A DNA stretch of 64,000 bases, taken from Paracoccaceae bacterium. GTDB lineage: Bacteria > Pseudomonadota > Alphaproteobacteria > Rhodobacterales > Rhodobacteraceae. The position numbers were made by a program, and so were the translations under genes. The stretch is from the NCBI GenBank assembly GCA_013214635.1, contig JABSSC010000001.1, positions 24-64,023 of the forward strand. Direction: 5' to 3'. This document shows, piece after piece, positions 8,971 through 20,055 of this stretch. Each line of letters begins with the position of its first letter. Position 1 is the first letter of the stretch. The notes beneath the pieces are model-generated. The model was given only the letters and a program-made list of their open reading frames with translations, searched no databases and was not told the DNA's origin.

Positions 8971-10365
8971 ATGAAACGTTTTGAAGATCCAAACGGTCTG
9001 ATCTTTACCGCCACAAATGCCGAGAGTGCGTCAGGGTTCGCAGAGCTGACGTCGGCCTATATGGGCTTCCAGCGCAACACCGGAAAACTGCTCGGCGCCT
9101 TGCGAGACGCTGATCCGGACATGCCCATGGCGCTCTGCGCTCAAGGCTCCTTCGCGAAACTTATGGGAAGCTCCAATCACTCGGCCCGTGCGGTCACGCT
9201 TTCGGATGCATTGCAGACCCGGCTTTCAAGCCTCAACGCGACCGATCGTGAACGCCAGCACGCCGCCGCATTATCCGCCTGGACCAAAGGGGACATGAAT
9301 CGCGCCACGGACATCTGGGAGGCGATCCTTCTCGATCATCCGCAGGATGGTCTCGCGCTCCGTCTGGCGCATTTCACGCATTTCTATTCTGGTGATGGGC
9401 GGCGCATCCGTGACTCGCTGGCACGCACCCTGCCCCGATGGTCTGAAGACCACCCCGACTATGGGTTCCTGTTGGGCATGTACGCCTTCGGTCTCGAAGA
9501 ATCGGGGGAGTACGAAGAGGCCGAAAAATACGGCCGACGCGCGGTCGACATGAACCCCGCTGACGCATGGTCAGTGCACTCGGTCGCGCATGTGCTTGAA
9601 ATGACGGGGCGGCACGCCGACGGGATCGCATGGGTCGCCGGGCTCGAAGACGATTGGAGCACCGTCAACAACTTTCGCTACCACCTCCATTGGCATCGCA
9701 GCCTCTATCATCTGGAGCGTGGCGAATTCGATGTCGTACTTGATCTTTATGACCGGCAGATCGTCTCGGACATCACGTCCGATTTCTATCTCGACATCTG
9801 TAACGCCTCTTCGCTCTTGTGGCGGCTTGAGATGTTCGGCGTTGACGTCGGCGACCGCTGGCGCGCGCTGGCGGATGTGGCGAGGACGCATATCGATGAT
9901 GCCGACCTGATTTTCGTCTCTCTCCACTACCTCATGGCACTGGTCTCTGCCGGAGATGCCGAGGCTGCCGATGAAATGATCGAGAACATCCGCAAATGGT
10001 CCACGCTGGGCGACACGCAGGCGGTCATCTGCGCCAATGTCGGGGTGGCCTTGGCCGAAGGGCTGCGCGCGGCCCGCTCCGGCGATTTCGCGACGGCGGC
10101 CAGCAAGATTGGCGCGGTTCGCTATCAAATGGACGCTATTGGTGGCAGTGCCGCACAACGCGACGTGTTCCACATGATCCTGCTCGATGCGACTGCGGCC
10201 AGTCAGAATGCGCTTCAGGCGCGCGCGCTGTTTCGTGAACGGTTGGGATACAAGGTTCACTCAAGCTGGACATGGCACGGCTACAGCAATGCATTGGCCA
10301 CCTTGGGCGATGACAACGGCGCGGAAACCGCTCGCGATCGCGCTGCCGCTTTGCAGATCCACTAG
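8971..10365 (+). CDS. tetratricopeptide repeat protein (TTC38-like family)
   Basis: ATG at 8971 after a GAGAGG SD. Contains the TPR-like segment EEAEKYGRRAVDMNPADAWSVHSVAHVLEMTGRHADGIAW, which is typical of the family. Confidence 0.75.
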   Translation: MKRFEDPNGLIFTATNAESASGFAELTSAYMGFQRNTGKLLGALRDADPDMPMALCAQGSFAKLMGSSNHSARAVTLSDALQTRLSSLNATDRERQHAAALSAWTKGDMNRATDIWEAILLDHPQDGLALRLAHFTHFYSGDGRRIRDSLARTLPRWSEDHPDYGFLLGMYAFGLEESGEYEEAEKYGRRAVDMNPADAWSVHSVAHVLEMTGRHADGIAWVAGLEDDWSTVNNFRYHLHWHRSLYHLERGEFDVVLDLYDRQIVSDITSDFYLDICNASSLLWRLEMFGVDVGDRWRALADVARTHIDDADLIFVSLHYLMALVSAGDAEAADEMIENIRKWSTLGDTQAVICANVGVALAEGLRAARSGDFATAASKIGAVRYQMDAIGGSAAQRDVFHMILLDATAASQNALQARALFRERLGYKVHSSWTWHGYSNALATLGDDNGAETARDRAAALQIH

Positions 10366-11561
10366 GTCTCGGGCGGGCGGTCGCCCAGTTCCGCGAGAAC
10401 CTCATCCGTGTCCTGCCCACATGTCGGCGGGGCCCGGCGATAGCTGACGGGCGTGGCCGAGAATTTGACCGGGTTCCCGATCAGATCAACCGACCCGCTT
10501 TGCGCCGCGCCATGGGGCATGGTGACTTTCATCTCCCGCGTCTGCGCCTGAGGACTGGCAAAAACCTCGTCCATCTTGTTGATGGCCCCGCCCGGAACAC
10601 TTTCGGCCTCCATCCGCGCGATCAACCAATCGCGCTCGACCGTCCTCAGTTTCGCCTCAAGATGCCCTATCAGAACATCCCTGTTGGCAAGGCGCGCGGT
10701 GTTGGTCGCAAACCGAGGATCGGCCGAGAGATGATCCAACCCCAAGAGGCCACAAAACCGCTCAAACTGTGCATCATTGCCCACGGCAACGATGGCATGA
10801 CCATCCCTGACCTCGAACACCTGATACGGCACAATATTCGGGTGCTGATTTCCACGCCGCTTTGGCACTTCACCGGAGAGGAGGTAATTCGTCCCCTCAT
10901 TGATCATCCATGCGATCTGACAATCGACCAAGCTTATATCGATATGCTGCCCGACCCCGGTGGCCTCTGCATGGCGGAGCGCCGCGAGGATTGAGGTCGC
11001 CGCATACATCCCCGTCATCACATCCGCGATCCCAACACCCACTTTCATCGGCGCACCCTCCGGCGTGCCAGTCAGGCTCATAATTCCGCCATAGCCTTGC
11101 GCCAAAAGGTCATAGCCAGGACGATGTGCGTTCGGACCCGTCTGCCCGAAACCGGTGATTGAGCAATAGACAAGCCGGGGAAACTCTTCCTTCAGATCAT
11201 CATAGCTCAGCCCGTATTTCGCCAGACCCCCAACCTTGAAATTCTCAACCAGAACATCGCATTGCGCCAATAAAGCGCGCACGGTGTCCGCCCCGTCTTT
11301 GGTCGCAATGTCCACGGCAACCGACCGTTTGTTGCGATTGGCACAAAGGTAATAGGCGCTTTCCTGCGTCGACGTCCCATCCTGACCAGTGACGTATGGC
11401 GGACCCCATGCGCGCGTATCATCGCCAAGCCCCGGGCGCTCGATCTTTAGAACATCCGCCCCAAAATCCCCCAAAAGCTGGGTTGCCGTCGGCCCGGCTA
11501 GAATACGGGTCAGGTCGAGAACCCGTACCCCTGCCAGCGGCCCTGTGTTTTCCACGGTCAT
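10362..11561 (-). CDS. CaiB/BaiF family CoA-transferase (family III)
   Basis: MTVENTGPLAGVRVLDLTRILAGPTATQLLGDFGADVLKIERPG is a family-typical N-terminus. The upstream 110 codons of the ORF look non-coding. Confidence 0.9.
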   Translation of the reverse strand: MTVENTGPLAGVRVLDLTRILAGPTATQLLGDFGADVLKIERPGLGDDTRAWGPPYVTGQDGTSTQESAYYLCANRNKRSVAVDIATKDGADTVRALLAQCDVLVENFKVGGLAKYGLSYDDLKEEFPRLVYCSITGFGQTGPNAHRPGYDLLAQGYGGIMSLTGTPEGAPMKVGVGIADVMTGMYAATSILAALRHAEATGVGQHIDISLVDCQIAWMINEGTNYLLSGEVPKRRGNQHPNIVPYQVFEVRDGHAIVAVGNDAQFERFCGLLGLDHLSADPRFATNTARLANRDVLIGHLEAKLRTVERDWLIARMEAESVPGGAINKMDEVFASPQAQTREMKVTMPHGAAQSGSVDLIGNPVKFSATPVSYRRAPPTCGQDTDEVLAELGDRPPET

Positions 11562-11717
11562 ATCAGTGGTCCTGCCTGTGATCAGCCGCCAGTATGCAAA
11601 GCGCAGCGCGCGAGGTGAACACGCAATCCGCGCGCTCACCGGTTTGTGCACAGGGCCTGTTCGCGGCTGCCATGACCAAACGGTTTGCAATGCCATCAAA
11701 CTCAGCAACACTGCCCC

Positions 11718-12731
11718 ATGACCAAAGACACCTCGACCCAAGAAGATCAGACAGATGCCACCGCCCGCCGCGCCAAAGGTGAATTCGTGCGCGGCGTCAG
11801 CGGGTTTCGTCATGCCATTGGCGATCCGGAGTTCCCTGCCGAGCCGGGTCGCTATCACCTTTTTGTCGCGCTGAATTGCCCGTGGTGCCATAGGGTCACT
11901 CTGGCGCGCAGCGTTTTGGGGCTGTCAGAGGCGATCACAATGGATGTGGCCTTTCCCAATCGTACGGGCGAGGACGATCCTGTTGGCGCCAACCTGTGGG
12001 AATTTGCTCCAAATCGTGTCGCAACGCTCACCGGTACTCCCCTGCCCGAATGCACGGTGGAAACGGGCACTGGGGAAGGCCTGCGCCTTGCCAAACAGGT
12101 GTATCAGCGGGAAGGGTCCGACGAGCAATCGGTCCCGATCCTTTACGACAAAGTTCAGGGTCGCATCGTCAGCAACGAAAGCGCCGAAATTATTCGCATG
12201 CTCGACGGCCACGCCCGTGCCTTGGGCAGCACCATGTCTGACCCGTTCCGTCTGGTTCCCGAGGATCCGTCCGAACAGCAAGACATCGCCGCGCTCAACG
12301 ACCGGATCTACGTGACCATCAACAATGGTGCGTACAAGGCCGGCTTCTCTTCCGATCAGTCGGTCTATGCCGCGGCGTTTGAGGCGTATTTTGAAACACT
12401 GGAGTATCTGGAGCACCTCTTGTCCGACGGACGCCCTTTTTTGACCGGTGACGAATTTACCGAGGCTGATTTACGCCTGTTTCCAACGCTTTACCGCCAT
12501 GACCCGGTTTACTACGTCCGTATGAAGCTGAACGGCGCCCGCATCCTCGACTATCCCCACCTCTGGCGCTGGCTCTGCCGGGTCTATGCGCTCAACGGCG
12601 TGGCGGACGCGGGTTCACTGATCCACTGCCGACAGGGATATTTCGGTCGCTCCTGGAATGGTGTCGTGCCAATTGGCCCGCTAAAGCCCAAATATCCCGA
12701 AGCGTATCATCAGCCCGATCTTGCCGGGTGA
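11718..12731 (+). CDS. Xi-class glutathione S-transferase / glutathionyl-hydroquinone reductase (YqjG/ECM4-like)
   Basis: GRYHLFVALNCPWCHRV active-site motif and a length of about 337 aa. Confidence 0.85.
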   Translation: MTKDTSTQEDQTDATARRAKGEFVRGVSGFRHAIGDPEFPAEPGRYHLFVALNCPWCHRVTLARSVLGLSEAITMDVAFPNRTGEDDPVGANLWEFAPNRVATLTGTPLPECTVETGTGEGLRLAKQVYQREGSDEQSVPILYDKVQGRIVSNESAEIIRMLDGHARALGSTMSDPFRLVPEDPSEQQDIAALNDRIYVTINNGAYKAGFSSDQSVYAAAFEAYFETLEYLEHLLSDGRPFLTGDEFTEADLRLFPTLYRHDPVYYVRMKLNGARILDYPHLWRWLCRVYALNGVADAGSLIHCRQGYFGRSWNGVVPIGPLKPKYPEAYHQPDLAG

Positions 12732-12755
12732 CGCTGTATCAATCTGCGGAAAAAG

Positions 12756-12841
12756 TGGTGCCCAAGGAGAGACTCGAACTCTCACGCCCGTGAAGGCGGG
12801 GGATTTTGAATCCCCTGCGTCTACCATTCCGCCACTTGGGC
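12756..12841 (-). tRNA. tRNA-Leu (anticodon CAA)
   Basis: The reverse complement folds as a cloverleaf: acceptor GCCCAAG/CTTGGGC, anticodon stem GGGGA/TCCCC with loop TTCAAAA, a long variable arm, T-arm GAGAGTTCGAGTCTCTC, and an encoded 3' CCA. Confidence 0.9.
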
Positions 12842-12968
12842 ACGATCGCTGTCCTACACGTGGCGGCAGGCAGGGGCAAGCGGCGTTCTGGGCATTTGCG
12901 CGACGGGCGCTGGCGCTGGCCGCACCGATTTGCTAGCCGAAGGGGACCGCGCGCGAAAGGACCCCGGC

Positions 12969-13583
12969 ATGGCGGAGGACCCGTCACAGGATATGGCGAT
13001 ATCAGAGCGTCTGCACCACCTCGCAACTGAGGCTGGTGAGGATGCGGTATCGCTTGGGTGGGTGATGGATCGTCTGAATGAGCGTGCCTTTGGTCTGTTT
13101 CTTTTGATCCTCGCCCTGCCCTGCTGCATTCCATTTCTTTATGGCGTGCCGCAGATCGTTGCGCTGCCGCTGATGTTCGTCTCGGTGCAGCTTCTTATGG
13201 GGCGAAACGCGCCGTGGTTGCCCGAACGGCTCAGCCAGCGCACCGTGACCGCCGCCGCCCTGACGGATCTCGCAACCCGCGCCGATCCCTGGTTGCGCTG
13301 GATCGAGAAACTGAGCCGCCCGCGCCTGACCGGCCTCACGCGGCCTCCCGTCGACCGTTTTCTGGGGCTGGCGCTGGTTTTGTTCAGCGCGTCGATCCTC
13401 GTGCCTCTGCCTGCGACCAATACCGTGCCGGGAATGGCCGTGGCGGTTATTGCAATCGGGCTGCTCCTGCGCGATGGGGTGCTTGTGATCCTCGGCGCGA
13501 TCATGGGGACGGCTTGGATTGCCACATTGATTTTCGCCGGGGCCACATTGGCAAGCATCATCCGCGGGTGGATCGGGATATGA
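12969..13583 (+). CDS. exopolysaccharide biosynthesis protein ExoD family
   Basis: LNERAFGLFLLILALPCCIPFLYGVPQIVALPLMFVSVQLLMGRNAPWLPERL matches my recollection of the ExoD family. Confidence 0.75.
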   Translation: MAEDPSQDMAISERLHHLATEAGEDAVSLGWVMDRLNERAFGLFLLILALPCCIPFLYGVPQIVALPLMFVSVQLLMGRNAPWLPERLSQRTVTAAALTDLATRADPWLRWIEKLSRPRLTGLTRPPVDRFLGLALVLFSASILVPLPATNTVPGMAVAVIAIGLLLRDGVLVILGAIMGTAWIATLIFAGATLASIIRGWIGI

Positions 13584-14047
13584 ACAACGCACGAACCCTT
13601 GGCTTGATCGCGGCGGGCGGGTCGCTTGCCATGCTGCTTGCGGCTTGGGGTTTTCAGTATCTGGGGGGCCTCGCACCATGTGCGATGTGCATCTGGCAAC
13701 GCTGGCCACATGTGCTCGCTGCGGCATGCGGTGCGGTGTCTGTCGTGGTCCCGCTATCGGTGATCTATCTTCTGGGTGCCGCCTCCGCCGCCACGACAAG
13801 CGGGATCGGTGTCTATCACACGGGCGTCGAGCGCGGTTGGTGGGAGGGGCCCACAACCTGCACCTCTGGCCCCATTGACGATCTGTCGCCTGAAGAACTG
13901 CTCGATCAGATCCTGGGCGCACCACTGGTGCGCTGTGACGAAGTGCCTTGGGAGCTTCTTGGGCTCAGTATGGCCAGCTGGAACGCGCTTGTATCAGCCG
14001 GATTTGTCCTGATCTGGCTGGCCGCCTTCCGCGCTGCCCGCGCCTAG
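13580..14047 (+). CDS. disulfide bond formation protein B (DsbB family)
   Basis: MNNARTLGLIAAGGSLAMLLAAWGFQYLGGLAPCAMCIWQRWPH contains the CxxC motif with a QR context. A second Cys pair sits in a later loop. ATGA overlap with the exoD-like stop. Confidence 0.8.
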   Translation: MNNARTLGLIAAGGSLAMLLAAWGFQYLGGLAPCAMCIWQRWPHVLAAACGAVSVVVPLSVIYLLGAASAATTSGIGVYHTGVERGWWEGPTTCTSGPIDDLSPEELLDQILGAPLVRCDEVPWELLGLSMASWNALVSAGFVLIWLAAFRAARA

Positions 14048-14313
14048 TGCAACGGCAATTCACCTACGACGTTGCGCCACTCTCCCGGGGCGATCATCTT
14101 GCGATGCACGAAGCGCACCGAATGTAACGGTCCTTCTATTTCGTCTTGCCAAAACTCGATGAATTCAAAGAGTTTGGGATGGTCCGGGGCAAGGTCATAG
14201 TCTTGCCAGATGAACGTGTTCAGCACATGCGTAAAGTCCGGCATCCGGTAGTATAATTCCGCCGTCGTCAGCCCATAACCGCGCAGCATAAGTTCGGTTT
14301 CTGATGTCTCCAT
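14044..14313 (-). CDS. Usg family protein
   Basis: LRGYGLTTAELYYRMPDFTHVLNTFIWQDYDLAPDHPKLFEFIEFWQDEIEGPLHSVR is Usg-like. ATG at 14313 with an AGGAGG SD. Confidence 0.7.
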   Translation of the reverse strand: METSETELMLRGYGLTTAELYYRMPDFTHVLNTFIWQDYDLAPDHPKLFEFIEFWQDEIEGPLHSVRFVHRKMIAPGEWRNVVGELPLH

Positions 14314-14493
14314 TCTGCCTCCTGAAATCACTGCTCAACAAAATTCACACCATTTTCCGCCTGTAATGCAAGAAAAACAGTATGTTAGCAGTCATGTCCT
14401 CCGGCTGATTGCCTTAATCTTGCGCAGCCATTGCACGCAACATCCATGAAGTGATAGACTGTGAACAACAAGATCTAGCGGCGCCCGACGCCG

Positions 14494-17241
14494 GTGAGGA
14501 CAAACGTGAGCGACACACCAGAACCCCCTGAAAACACGGACGAAACGCCGCCAGAGCGCCCGTCTTACAGTGGTCCGACCGTGTCCATCACGGACGAGAT
14601 GCGCGCGTCCTATCTGGACTACGCCATGTCGGTCATCGTCAGCCGCGCAATCCCCGATCTGCGCGACGGCCTAAAACCTGTGCACCGGCGTATCCTCTAC
14701 GCCATGCACGAGACCGGCAACAGCCACGACAAGGCCTATCGAAAGTCTGCGCGGCCTGTGGGCGACGTCATGGGGAAATACCATCCCCACGGCGACAGCG
14801 CGATCTATGACGCGCTGGTGCGGATGGCGCAGGATTTCTCGATGTCGCTGCCGCTCCTCGACGGTCAGGGCAACTTTGGCTCCATGGACGGCGATAACCC
14901 GGCGGCCATGCGCTATACCGAGGTGCGCATGGACAAACCCGCGGGCGCACTGCTGGAAGATATCGAAAAAGACACCGTCGATTTTCAGGACAACTACGAC
15001 GGCAAGGACCGGGAACCAACCGTCCTGCCCGCGCGCTTTCCCAACATGCTGGTCAACGGCGCGGGTGGCATCGCGGTGGGTATGGCCACCAACATCCCGC
15101 CGCACAACCTTGGTGAAGTCGTCGACGCCACGCTGGCGATGATCGAAAACCCCGATCTGACGTCTGAGGACCTGATGGAATACATCCCCGGTCCGGATTT
15201 TCCGACCGGTGGCGTCATCCTCGGACGGTCCGGAGCGCGCAAAGCGTATCTTGAAGGGCGCGGCAGCGTCATCATCCGCGCCAAAACGCGGGTCGAAGAG
15301 ATCCGCAAGGACCGCTATGCGATCGTGCTGGATGAGATCCCCTATCAGGTCAACAAGGCCGCGATGATCGAAAAGATCGCCGATCTCGTTCGCGAAAAGC
15401 GGCTTGAGGGTATCTCGGGTATTCAGGACGAGAGCGACCGGGTCGGTGTCCGCGTCGTGATCGAGCTTAAGCGTGATGCAACACCCGAGGTCGTGTTGAA
15501 CCAGTTGTTCCGGTTCAGCCAGATGCAAACCTCGTTCGGCTGCAACATGCTGGCTCTCAACGGTGGTCGCCCGGAACAACTGACGCTACGAGATTTCCTG
15601 TCTTATTTCATAAGCTTCCGCGAGGAAGTTGTTGCGCGCCGCACGGCATTTGATCTGCGCAAAGCCCGCGAACGCAGCCATATCCTGTGTGGTTTGGCCG
15701 TGGCCGTGTCAAACGTGGACGAAGTGGTCGCCACGATCCGCGCCAGTGCCGACGCGGCAGAGGCCCGCGCCAAGTTGATGGAGCGTCGTTGGCCCGCCCA
15801 TGACATCGCGGACTACATTCGCTTGATCGACGACCCGACCCATACCATCAACGAGGACGGCACGTATTACCTGTCTGAAATTCAGGCCCGCGCGATCCTC
15901 GATCTCCGCCTTCAGCGTCTAACCCAAATCGGTGTCAAAGAGGTCACCGATGAACTTGAAGAGCTTGCCGGTAAGATCAAGGAATACCTCGATATTCTCC
16001 GCTCGCGTGACCGCATCCTTGCGATCATTTCCGAAGAATTGACGACCGTCAAAAATGACTTCGCCGTCCCGCGCCGCACCGAGATCGTGGAATGGTCCGG
16101 CGACATGGAAGACGAGGACCTGATCGAGCGTGAGGATATGGTCGTCACCGTCACGTCTGGCGGTTACATCAAGCGTACCCCTCTGGCCGAATTCCGTGCG
16201 CAACGGCGTGGCGGCAAAGGGCTGTCGGGGATGTCGACCAAGGACGAGGACGTGGTCACCACCCTCTTCGTCGCCAACACGCACACGCCGCTTCTGTTCT
16301 TCACGACCGACGGCATGGTTTACAAACTCAAGACGTGGCGCCTTCCCCAAGGGGGTCGTACCGCCAAGGGCAAAGCGATCGTCAATATCCTGCCCATTCC
16401 ACCCGGCGTCTCCATCGCGGCAACGATGCCAGTGGATGTCCCGGAAGAGGATTGGGCGAACCTCCAGATCTTCTTTGCCACGACCCAAGGCGACGTGCGC
16501 CGCAACGCGTTGAGCGACTTCACCAACGTCAAATCCAACGGCAAGATCGCAATGAAGCTGCCGGAAGACGTGCAATTGGTGAACGCGCGCATTTGTACGG
16601 AAGACGATGACGTGATGCTGCTGACCGCATTGGGCCGCGCCATCCGCTTCCCCACAACAGAAGTCCGGGTATTCAAAGGCCGCGACAGCACCGGGGTCCG
16701 TGGAATTCGGCTGGCCGATGGCGACAGCGTCGTCTCAATGTCCGTCATTCGCCACTTCATCGCGACCCCAGAGGAGCGCGCCGCCTACCTTAAACAGCGT
16801 CGCCTCGTTGCGGGCGCGCCGGATGAGGCTGAAGCGGATGAGGAGGATGCGGTCGAGGCCGGTCAGCTGTCTACCGAACGCTACGCTGAAATGTCGGCGG
16901 CCGAGGATTTGATCCTCACTATCACCACGGGTGGCGCGGGCAAATTGTCTTCCAGCCACGACTACCCGGTGCGCGGGCGCGGCGGACAGGGCGTGATGGC
17001 CATGGACAAGGCGATGCGCGGTGGGCCGCTTGTGGCCTCCTTCCCGGTTGAGATGGACGATCAGATCATGCTCGCCACCTCAAACGGTCAGTCGATCCGC
17101 GTGCCTGTCGATGGCATTTCTTTCCGCTCGCGCGCGGCCGGGGGTGTCAAAGTCTTTGACACGGGCGCCGGGGAAGAGGTCGTGTCGGTCGCCTGGATTG
17201 CCGATCAGGGTGAAGACGACGGTGAGGATGCGCCAGAATAA
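14494..17241 (+). CDS. gyrA: DNA gyrase subunit A
   Basis: 915 aa. [30 protein letters not shown] and [20 protein letters not shown] (QRDR region), followed by C-terminal beta-pinwheel repeats. Confidence 0.97.
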   Translation: MRTNVSDTPEPPENTDETPPERPSYSGPTVSITDEMRASYLDYAMSVIVSRAIPDLRDGLKPVHRRILYAMHETGNSHDKAYRKSARPVGDVMGKYHPHGDSAIYDALVRMAQDFSMSLPLLDGQGNFGSMDGDNPAAMRYTEVRMDKPAGALLEDIEKDTVDFQDNYDGKDREPTVLPARFPNMLVNGAGGIAVGMATNIPPHNLGEVVDATLAMIENPDLTSEDLMEYIPGPDFPTGGVILGRSGARKAYLEGRGSVIIRAKTRVEEIRKDRYAIVLDEIPYQVNKAAMIEKIADLVREKRLEGISGIQDESDRVGVRVVIELKRDATPEVVLNQLFRFSQMQTSFGCNMLALNGGRPEQLTLRDFLSYFISFREEVVARRTAFDLRKARERSHILCGLAVAVSNVDEVVATIRASADAAEARAKLMERRWPAHDIADYIRLIDDPTHTINEDGTYYLSEIQARAILDLRLQRLTQIGVKEVTDELEELAGKIKEYLDILRSRDRILAIISEELTTVKNDFAVPRRTEIVEWSGDMEDEDLIEREDMVVTVTSGGYIKRTPLAEFRAQRRGGKGLSGMSTKDEDVVTTLFVANTHTPLLFFTTDGMVYKLKTWRLPQGGRTAKGKAIVNILPIPPGVSIAATMPVDVPEEDWANLQIFFATTQGDVRRNALSDFTNVKSNGKIAMKLPEDVQLVNARICTEDDDVMLLTALGRAIRFPTTEVRVFKGRDSTGVRGIRLADGDSVVSMSVIRHFIATPEERAAYLKQRRLVAGAPDEAEADEEDAVEAGQLSTERYAEMSAAEDLILTITTGGAGKLSSSHDYPVRGRGGQGVMAMDKAMRGGPLVASFPVEMDDQIMLATSNGQSIRVPVDGISFRSRAAGGVKVFDTGAGEEVVSVAWIADQGEDDGEDAPE

Positions 17242-17274
17242 ACCAAGCCAACCAAATGGTTGCGTAATGGTCTA

Positions 17275-17310
17275 CAATGCCGGGGTTCTCTCCGGCATTG
17301 TTTCGTTTCT
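17275..17310 (+). terminator. rho-independent terminator after gyrA
   Basis: CAATGCCGG-ggttctct-CCGGCATTG followed by TTTCGTTTCT. Confidence 0.6.
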
Positions 17311-17347
17311 TGGTAACAATCGACCGAATTCCGCCGCGCTCCCCGCC

Positions 17348-17362
17348 TTAAGAAATCCTTAA
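17348..17362. promoter_or_regulatory. perfect CtrA-box consensus TTAA-N7-TTAA
   Basis: TTAAgaaatccTTAA lies 117 nt upstream of the ATG at 17479. It is the only exact TTAA-N7-TTAA I found by eye in the window. Confidence 0.4.
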
Positions 17363-17478
17363 AGCTGCGTACTCCAGCCCCATTCCCCTGCCAAAACAAC
17401 AGGGTCGCATGACGTTCGCGGCACCTTAAGTGGTTCTGGCCCGTCGGCCCTGTCGTTGAACACGTAAAGACCCAGAGC

Positions 17479-18015
17479 ATGTCCAAAGCCACGTCAGACC
17501 GCGTAACGCTTAACGCAACAGCGCAAAACCTGATCCGCATTCTGATCGCGTCGTATTTCATCGCGGTTTCGGTCGGTCTTGTGCCCGGCACCGATGTCTC
17601 AACGGTTTTCCAACAGATCATGCCCGATCACCTTGCCGGGCCTGTCGCCGTGATCTTTTTCTTCGGCCTGTCCTACATGGTGCTCATCGGTCTGTGGCTG
17701 CGCGGAGCGGCGCTGCTGCTTGCACTCACGCTCTTCTGGTCCAGTTATCTCACCATGATCGACATGGGGCTGCAGGAGCAATTGGGCAGCTTTTGGCGGG
17801 ACCTCGCCCTGATCGGCGCGCTCATGCTGACCTATGCCGAACCCGCCGCACGCTCGCATCAACGTCGCGGTCTGTTCCGATCCCGCCCCGTCGCTCGAAA
17901 AATTCGCACGCGCAAACCCGCACCGGTTACGGACTTGCGTGATACCGCCCCAACTTTCCGCAGCACGCGCACTCCCGCGCCCGAAGCCACGCACAAGCCG
18001 CTGGCGGCAGAGTAA
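17479..18015 (+). CDS. hypothetical membrane protein with a basic C-terminal tail
   Basis: About four predicted hydrophobic helices, for example [18 protein letters not shown] and [19 protein letters not shown]. Arg/Pro-rich tail. Confidence 0.6.
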   Translation: MSKATSDRVTLNATAQNLIRILIASYFIAVSVGLVPGTDVSTVFQQIMPDHLAGPVAVIFFFGLSYMVLIGLWLRGAALLLALTLFWSSYLTMIDMGLQEQLGSFWRDLALIGALMLTYAEPAARSHQRRGLFRSRPVARKIRTRKPAPVTDLRDTAPTFRSTRTPAPEATHKPLAAE

Positions 18016-18059
18016 CGCGCCCCCTTTTCACTGCGACCCCGAGGCGCTACATCGCGCCC

Positions 18060-19418
18060 ATGACCTCAGACAGCACATTGCACATCGTCGGCGGCGGCAT
18101 GGCCGGATCAGAAGCCGCCTGGCAGGCCGCGCAGGCCGGCGTTCCCGTGACCATCTATGAAATGCGCCCGACCGTTGGCACCTTCGCGCACAAAACCGGC
18201 AATCTCGCCGAGATGGTGTGTTCGAACTCCTTCCGCTCGGACGACCACGAACAAAATGCCGTGGGGTTGTTGCATTGGGAAATGCGCGCGGCAGGCAGCC
18301 TGATCATGGAAATGGGTGATGCACACCGCCTGCCCGCTGGGGGGGCTTTGGCCGTTGACCGTGACGCCTTTGCCGAGGCTGTGACCGCCCGCCTCCGCGC
18401 CCATCCAAATATCACAATCGTGGATCGCGAGATCACGGAACTCCCCGAAACGGGCAACTGGATTTTTGCCACCGGTCCGCTGACGTCGCCCGCGCTGGCT
18501 GAAGCCATGCTTGGCGAAACCGGGACCGAGGCACTGGCCTTTTTCGATGCCATTGCGCCAATCGTCTATGCTGACAGCATCGACATGTCCGTCGCGTGGC
18601 GTCAGTCGCGCTATGACAAAGGGGAAACCGAGGAAGAGCGCACGGCCTATATCAACTGCCCGATGACCAAGGAGCAGTATGAGGCGTTCATCGATGCCTT
18701 GATCGCCTCGGACAAGACCGAGTTCAAAGAAGGCGAAACTGCGGGTTACTTCGACGGTTGCCTGCCGATTGAGGTGATGGCCGAACGCGGGCGCGAAACC
18801 CTGCGCCACGGGCCGATGAAACCCGTGGGCCTGACCAACCCGCACGACCCAGAGACCAAGGCGCATGCCGTTGTCCAACTGCGTCGCGACAACGCGCTCG
18901 GCACGCTCTACAACATCGTCGGCTTTCAGACCAAAATGAAATACGGCGCACAAGCCGATGTATTCAAAATGATTCCCGGGCTTCAGGACGCGCGTTTTGC
19001 CCGCCTCGGCGGCATACACCGCAACACGTTCCTGAACTCGCCCACGCTCCTCGATGACGCCATGCGCCTGCGCTCACGACCCAACATCCGCTTTGCCGGA
19101 CAGGTCACAGGCGTCGAAGGCTATATCGAAAGCGCCGCGATGGGTCTACTCGCAGGCCGGATGGCGGCAGCGGAAGCGAACGGGACCGACCTTCCCCCTG
19201 TTCCCCAAACGACTGCGATGGGTGCGCTTCTGACCCACATCACTGGCGGCGCCGAAGCCAAGACCTTTCAGCCTATGAACGTAAACTTCGGCCTGTTCCC
19301 GGCCGTGGACGCAAAGGGCGGTCGTCGCGGGCGCAAGGACCGGTACAAAGCCTATACCGACCGCGCCAAGGCAGATTGGACCGCATGGCTCGGTGACAGA
19401 GGGCTGGACGCCGCGTGA
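18060..19418 (+). CDS. trmFO: methylenetetrahydrofolate--tRNA-(uracil54-C5)-methyltransferase TrmFO
   Basis: [19 protein letters not shown]-binding motif, [10 protein letters not shown], about 450 aa. Confidence 0.93.
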   Translation: MTSDSTLHIVGGGMAGSEAAWQAAQAGVPVTIYEMRPTVGTFAHKTGNLAEMVCSNSFRSDDHEQNAVGLLHWEMRAAGSLIMEMGDAHRLPAGGALAVDRDAFAEAVTARLRAHPNITIVDREITELPETGNWIFATGPLTSPALAEAMLGETGTEALAFFDAIAPIVYADSIDMSVAWRQSRYDKGETEEERTAYINCPMTKEQYEAFIDALIASDKTEFKEGETAGYFDGCLPIEVMAERGRETLRHGPMKPVGLTNPHDPETKAHAVVQLRRDNALGTLYNIVGFQTKMKYGAQADVFKMIPGLQDARFARLGGIHRNTFLNSPTLLDDAMRLRSRPNIRFAGQVTGVEGYIESAAMGLLAGRMAAAEANGTDLPPVPQTTAMGALLTHITGGAEAKTFQPMNVNFGLFPAVDAKGGRRGRKDRYKAYTDRAKADWTAWLGDRGLDAA

Positions 19419-19440
19419 TCCCAGCGCTTACGCTGGGGCC

Positions 19441-20055
19441 ATGACGGATTCCTTTTTCGACAAGGTCTACAAGGCCAAAGGCACGCAAGAAACGCGCGAG
19501 CTTTATGATGACTGGTCGTCGAGCTATGACGCGCAAGTTGCTGAAAACGGATACATAACACCCAATCGATCCGCCAGGATTCTGGCGGATTTTCTGTCTG
19601 ATACGTCGACGCCAATCCTCGACTTCGGATGTGGCACGGGGCTTTCTGGTCGCGCCTTTGCGTCTGAAGGGTTCACCGCGCTCGACGGCATGGACATCTC
19701 GCCCGAGATGCTGGAGCGCGCCAAAGACACCGGGGCCTACCGCACCCTGACCGTGATCTCTCCTGAGGCGCCTCCACCGATTGAGACCGGCACCTATCCC
19801 GTCATCGCCGCCATCGGGGTCATCGGCGCAGGCGCGGCCCCGATTGAGGTCTTTGACACTCTGATGGAAAAGCTCGCGCCGGGCGGTCTCATGATCTTCT
19901 CTTTCAACGATCACGCACTTGCCGATCCAGCCAACCCGGCCGCGGTGGCGCGCTGGACAGACAGCGGGCGCGCCACGCAAGAGCTGCGTGACTACGGCGA
20001 TCACCTGCCCGGTTTGGGAATGAAATCAGCGATTTACATCCTGAAACGCACCTAA
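19441..20055 (+). CDS. class I SAM-dependent methyltransferase
   Basis: ILDFGCGTGLSG motif I. ATG at 19441. The stop overlaps the gluQ start (TAATG). Confidence 0.8.
   Translation: MTDSFFDKVYKAKGTQETRELYDDWSSSYDAQVAENGYITPNRSARILADFLSDTSTPILDFGCGTGLSGRAFASEGFTALDGMDISPEMLERAKDTGAYRTLTVISPEAPPPIETGTYPVIAAIGVIGAGAAPIEVFDTLMEKLAPGGLMIFSFNDHALADPANPAAVARWTDSGRATQELRDYGDHLPGLGMKSAIYILKRT

Noticed and set aside
10362-11891. The full 509-aa version of the CoA-transferase ORF, and similarly the 407-aa version of 57250-58473
   Set aside because: The N-terminal extensions overlap neighbouring genes or promoters and read as low-complexity sequence. Family-typical N-termini begin at the internal ATGs 11561 and 58041.
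12756-12841. tRNA-Leu as an island integration site
   Set aside because: There is no integrase, no duplicated tRNA 3' end, and no compositional break next to it. The neighbours are ordinary metabolic and envelope genes.
13002-13925. 307-aa minus-strand ORF
   Set aside because: It is antisense to the ExoD-like and DsbB genes. The composition is Arg/Pro/Gln-rich and low in complexity, so it is a shadow ORF.
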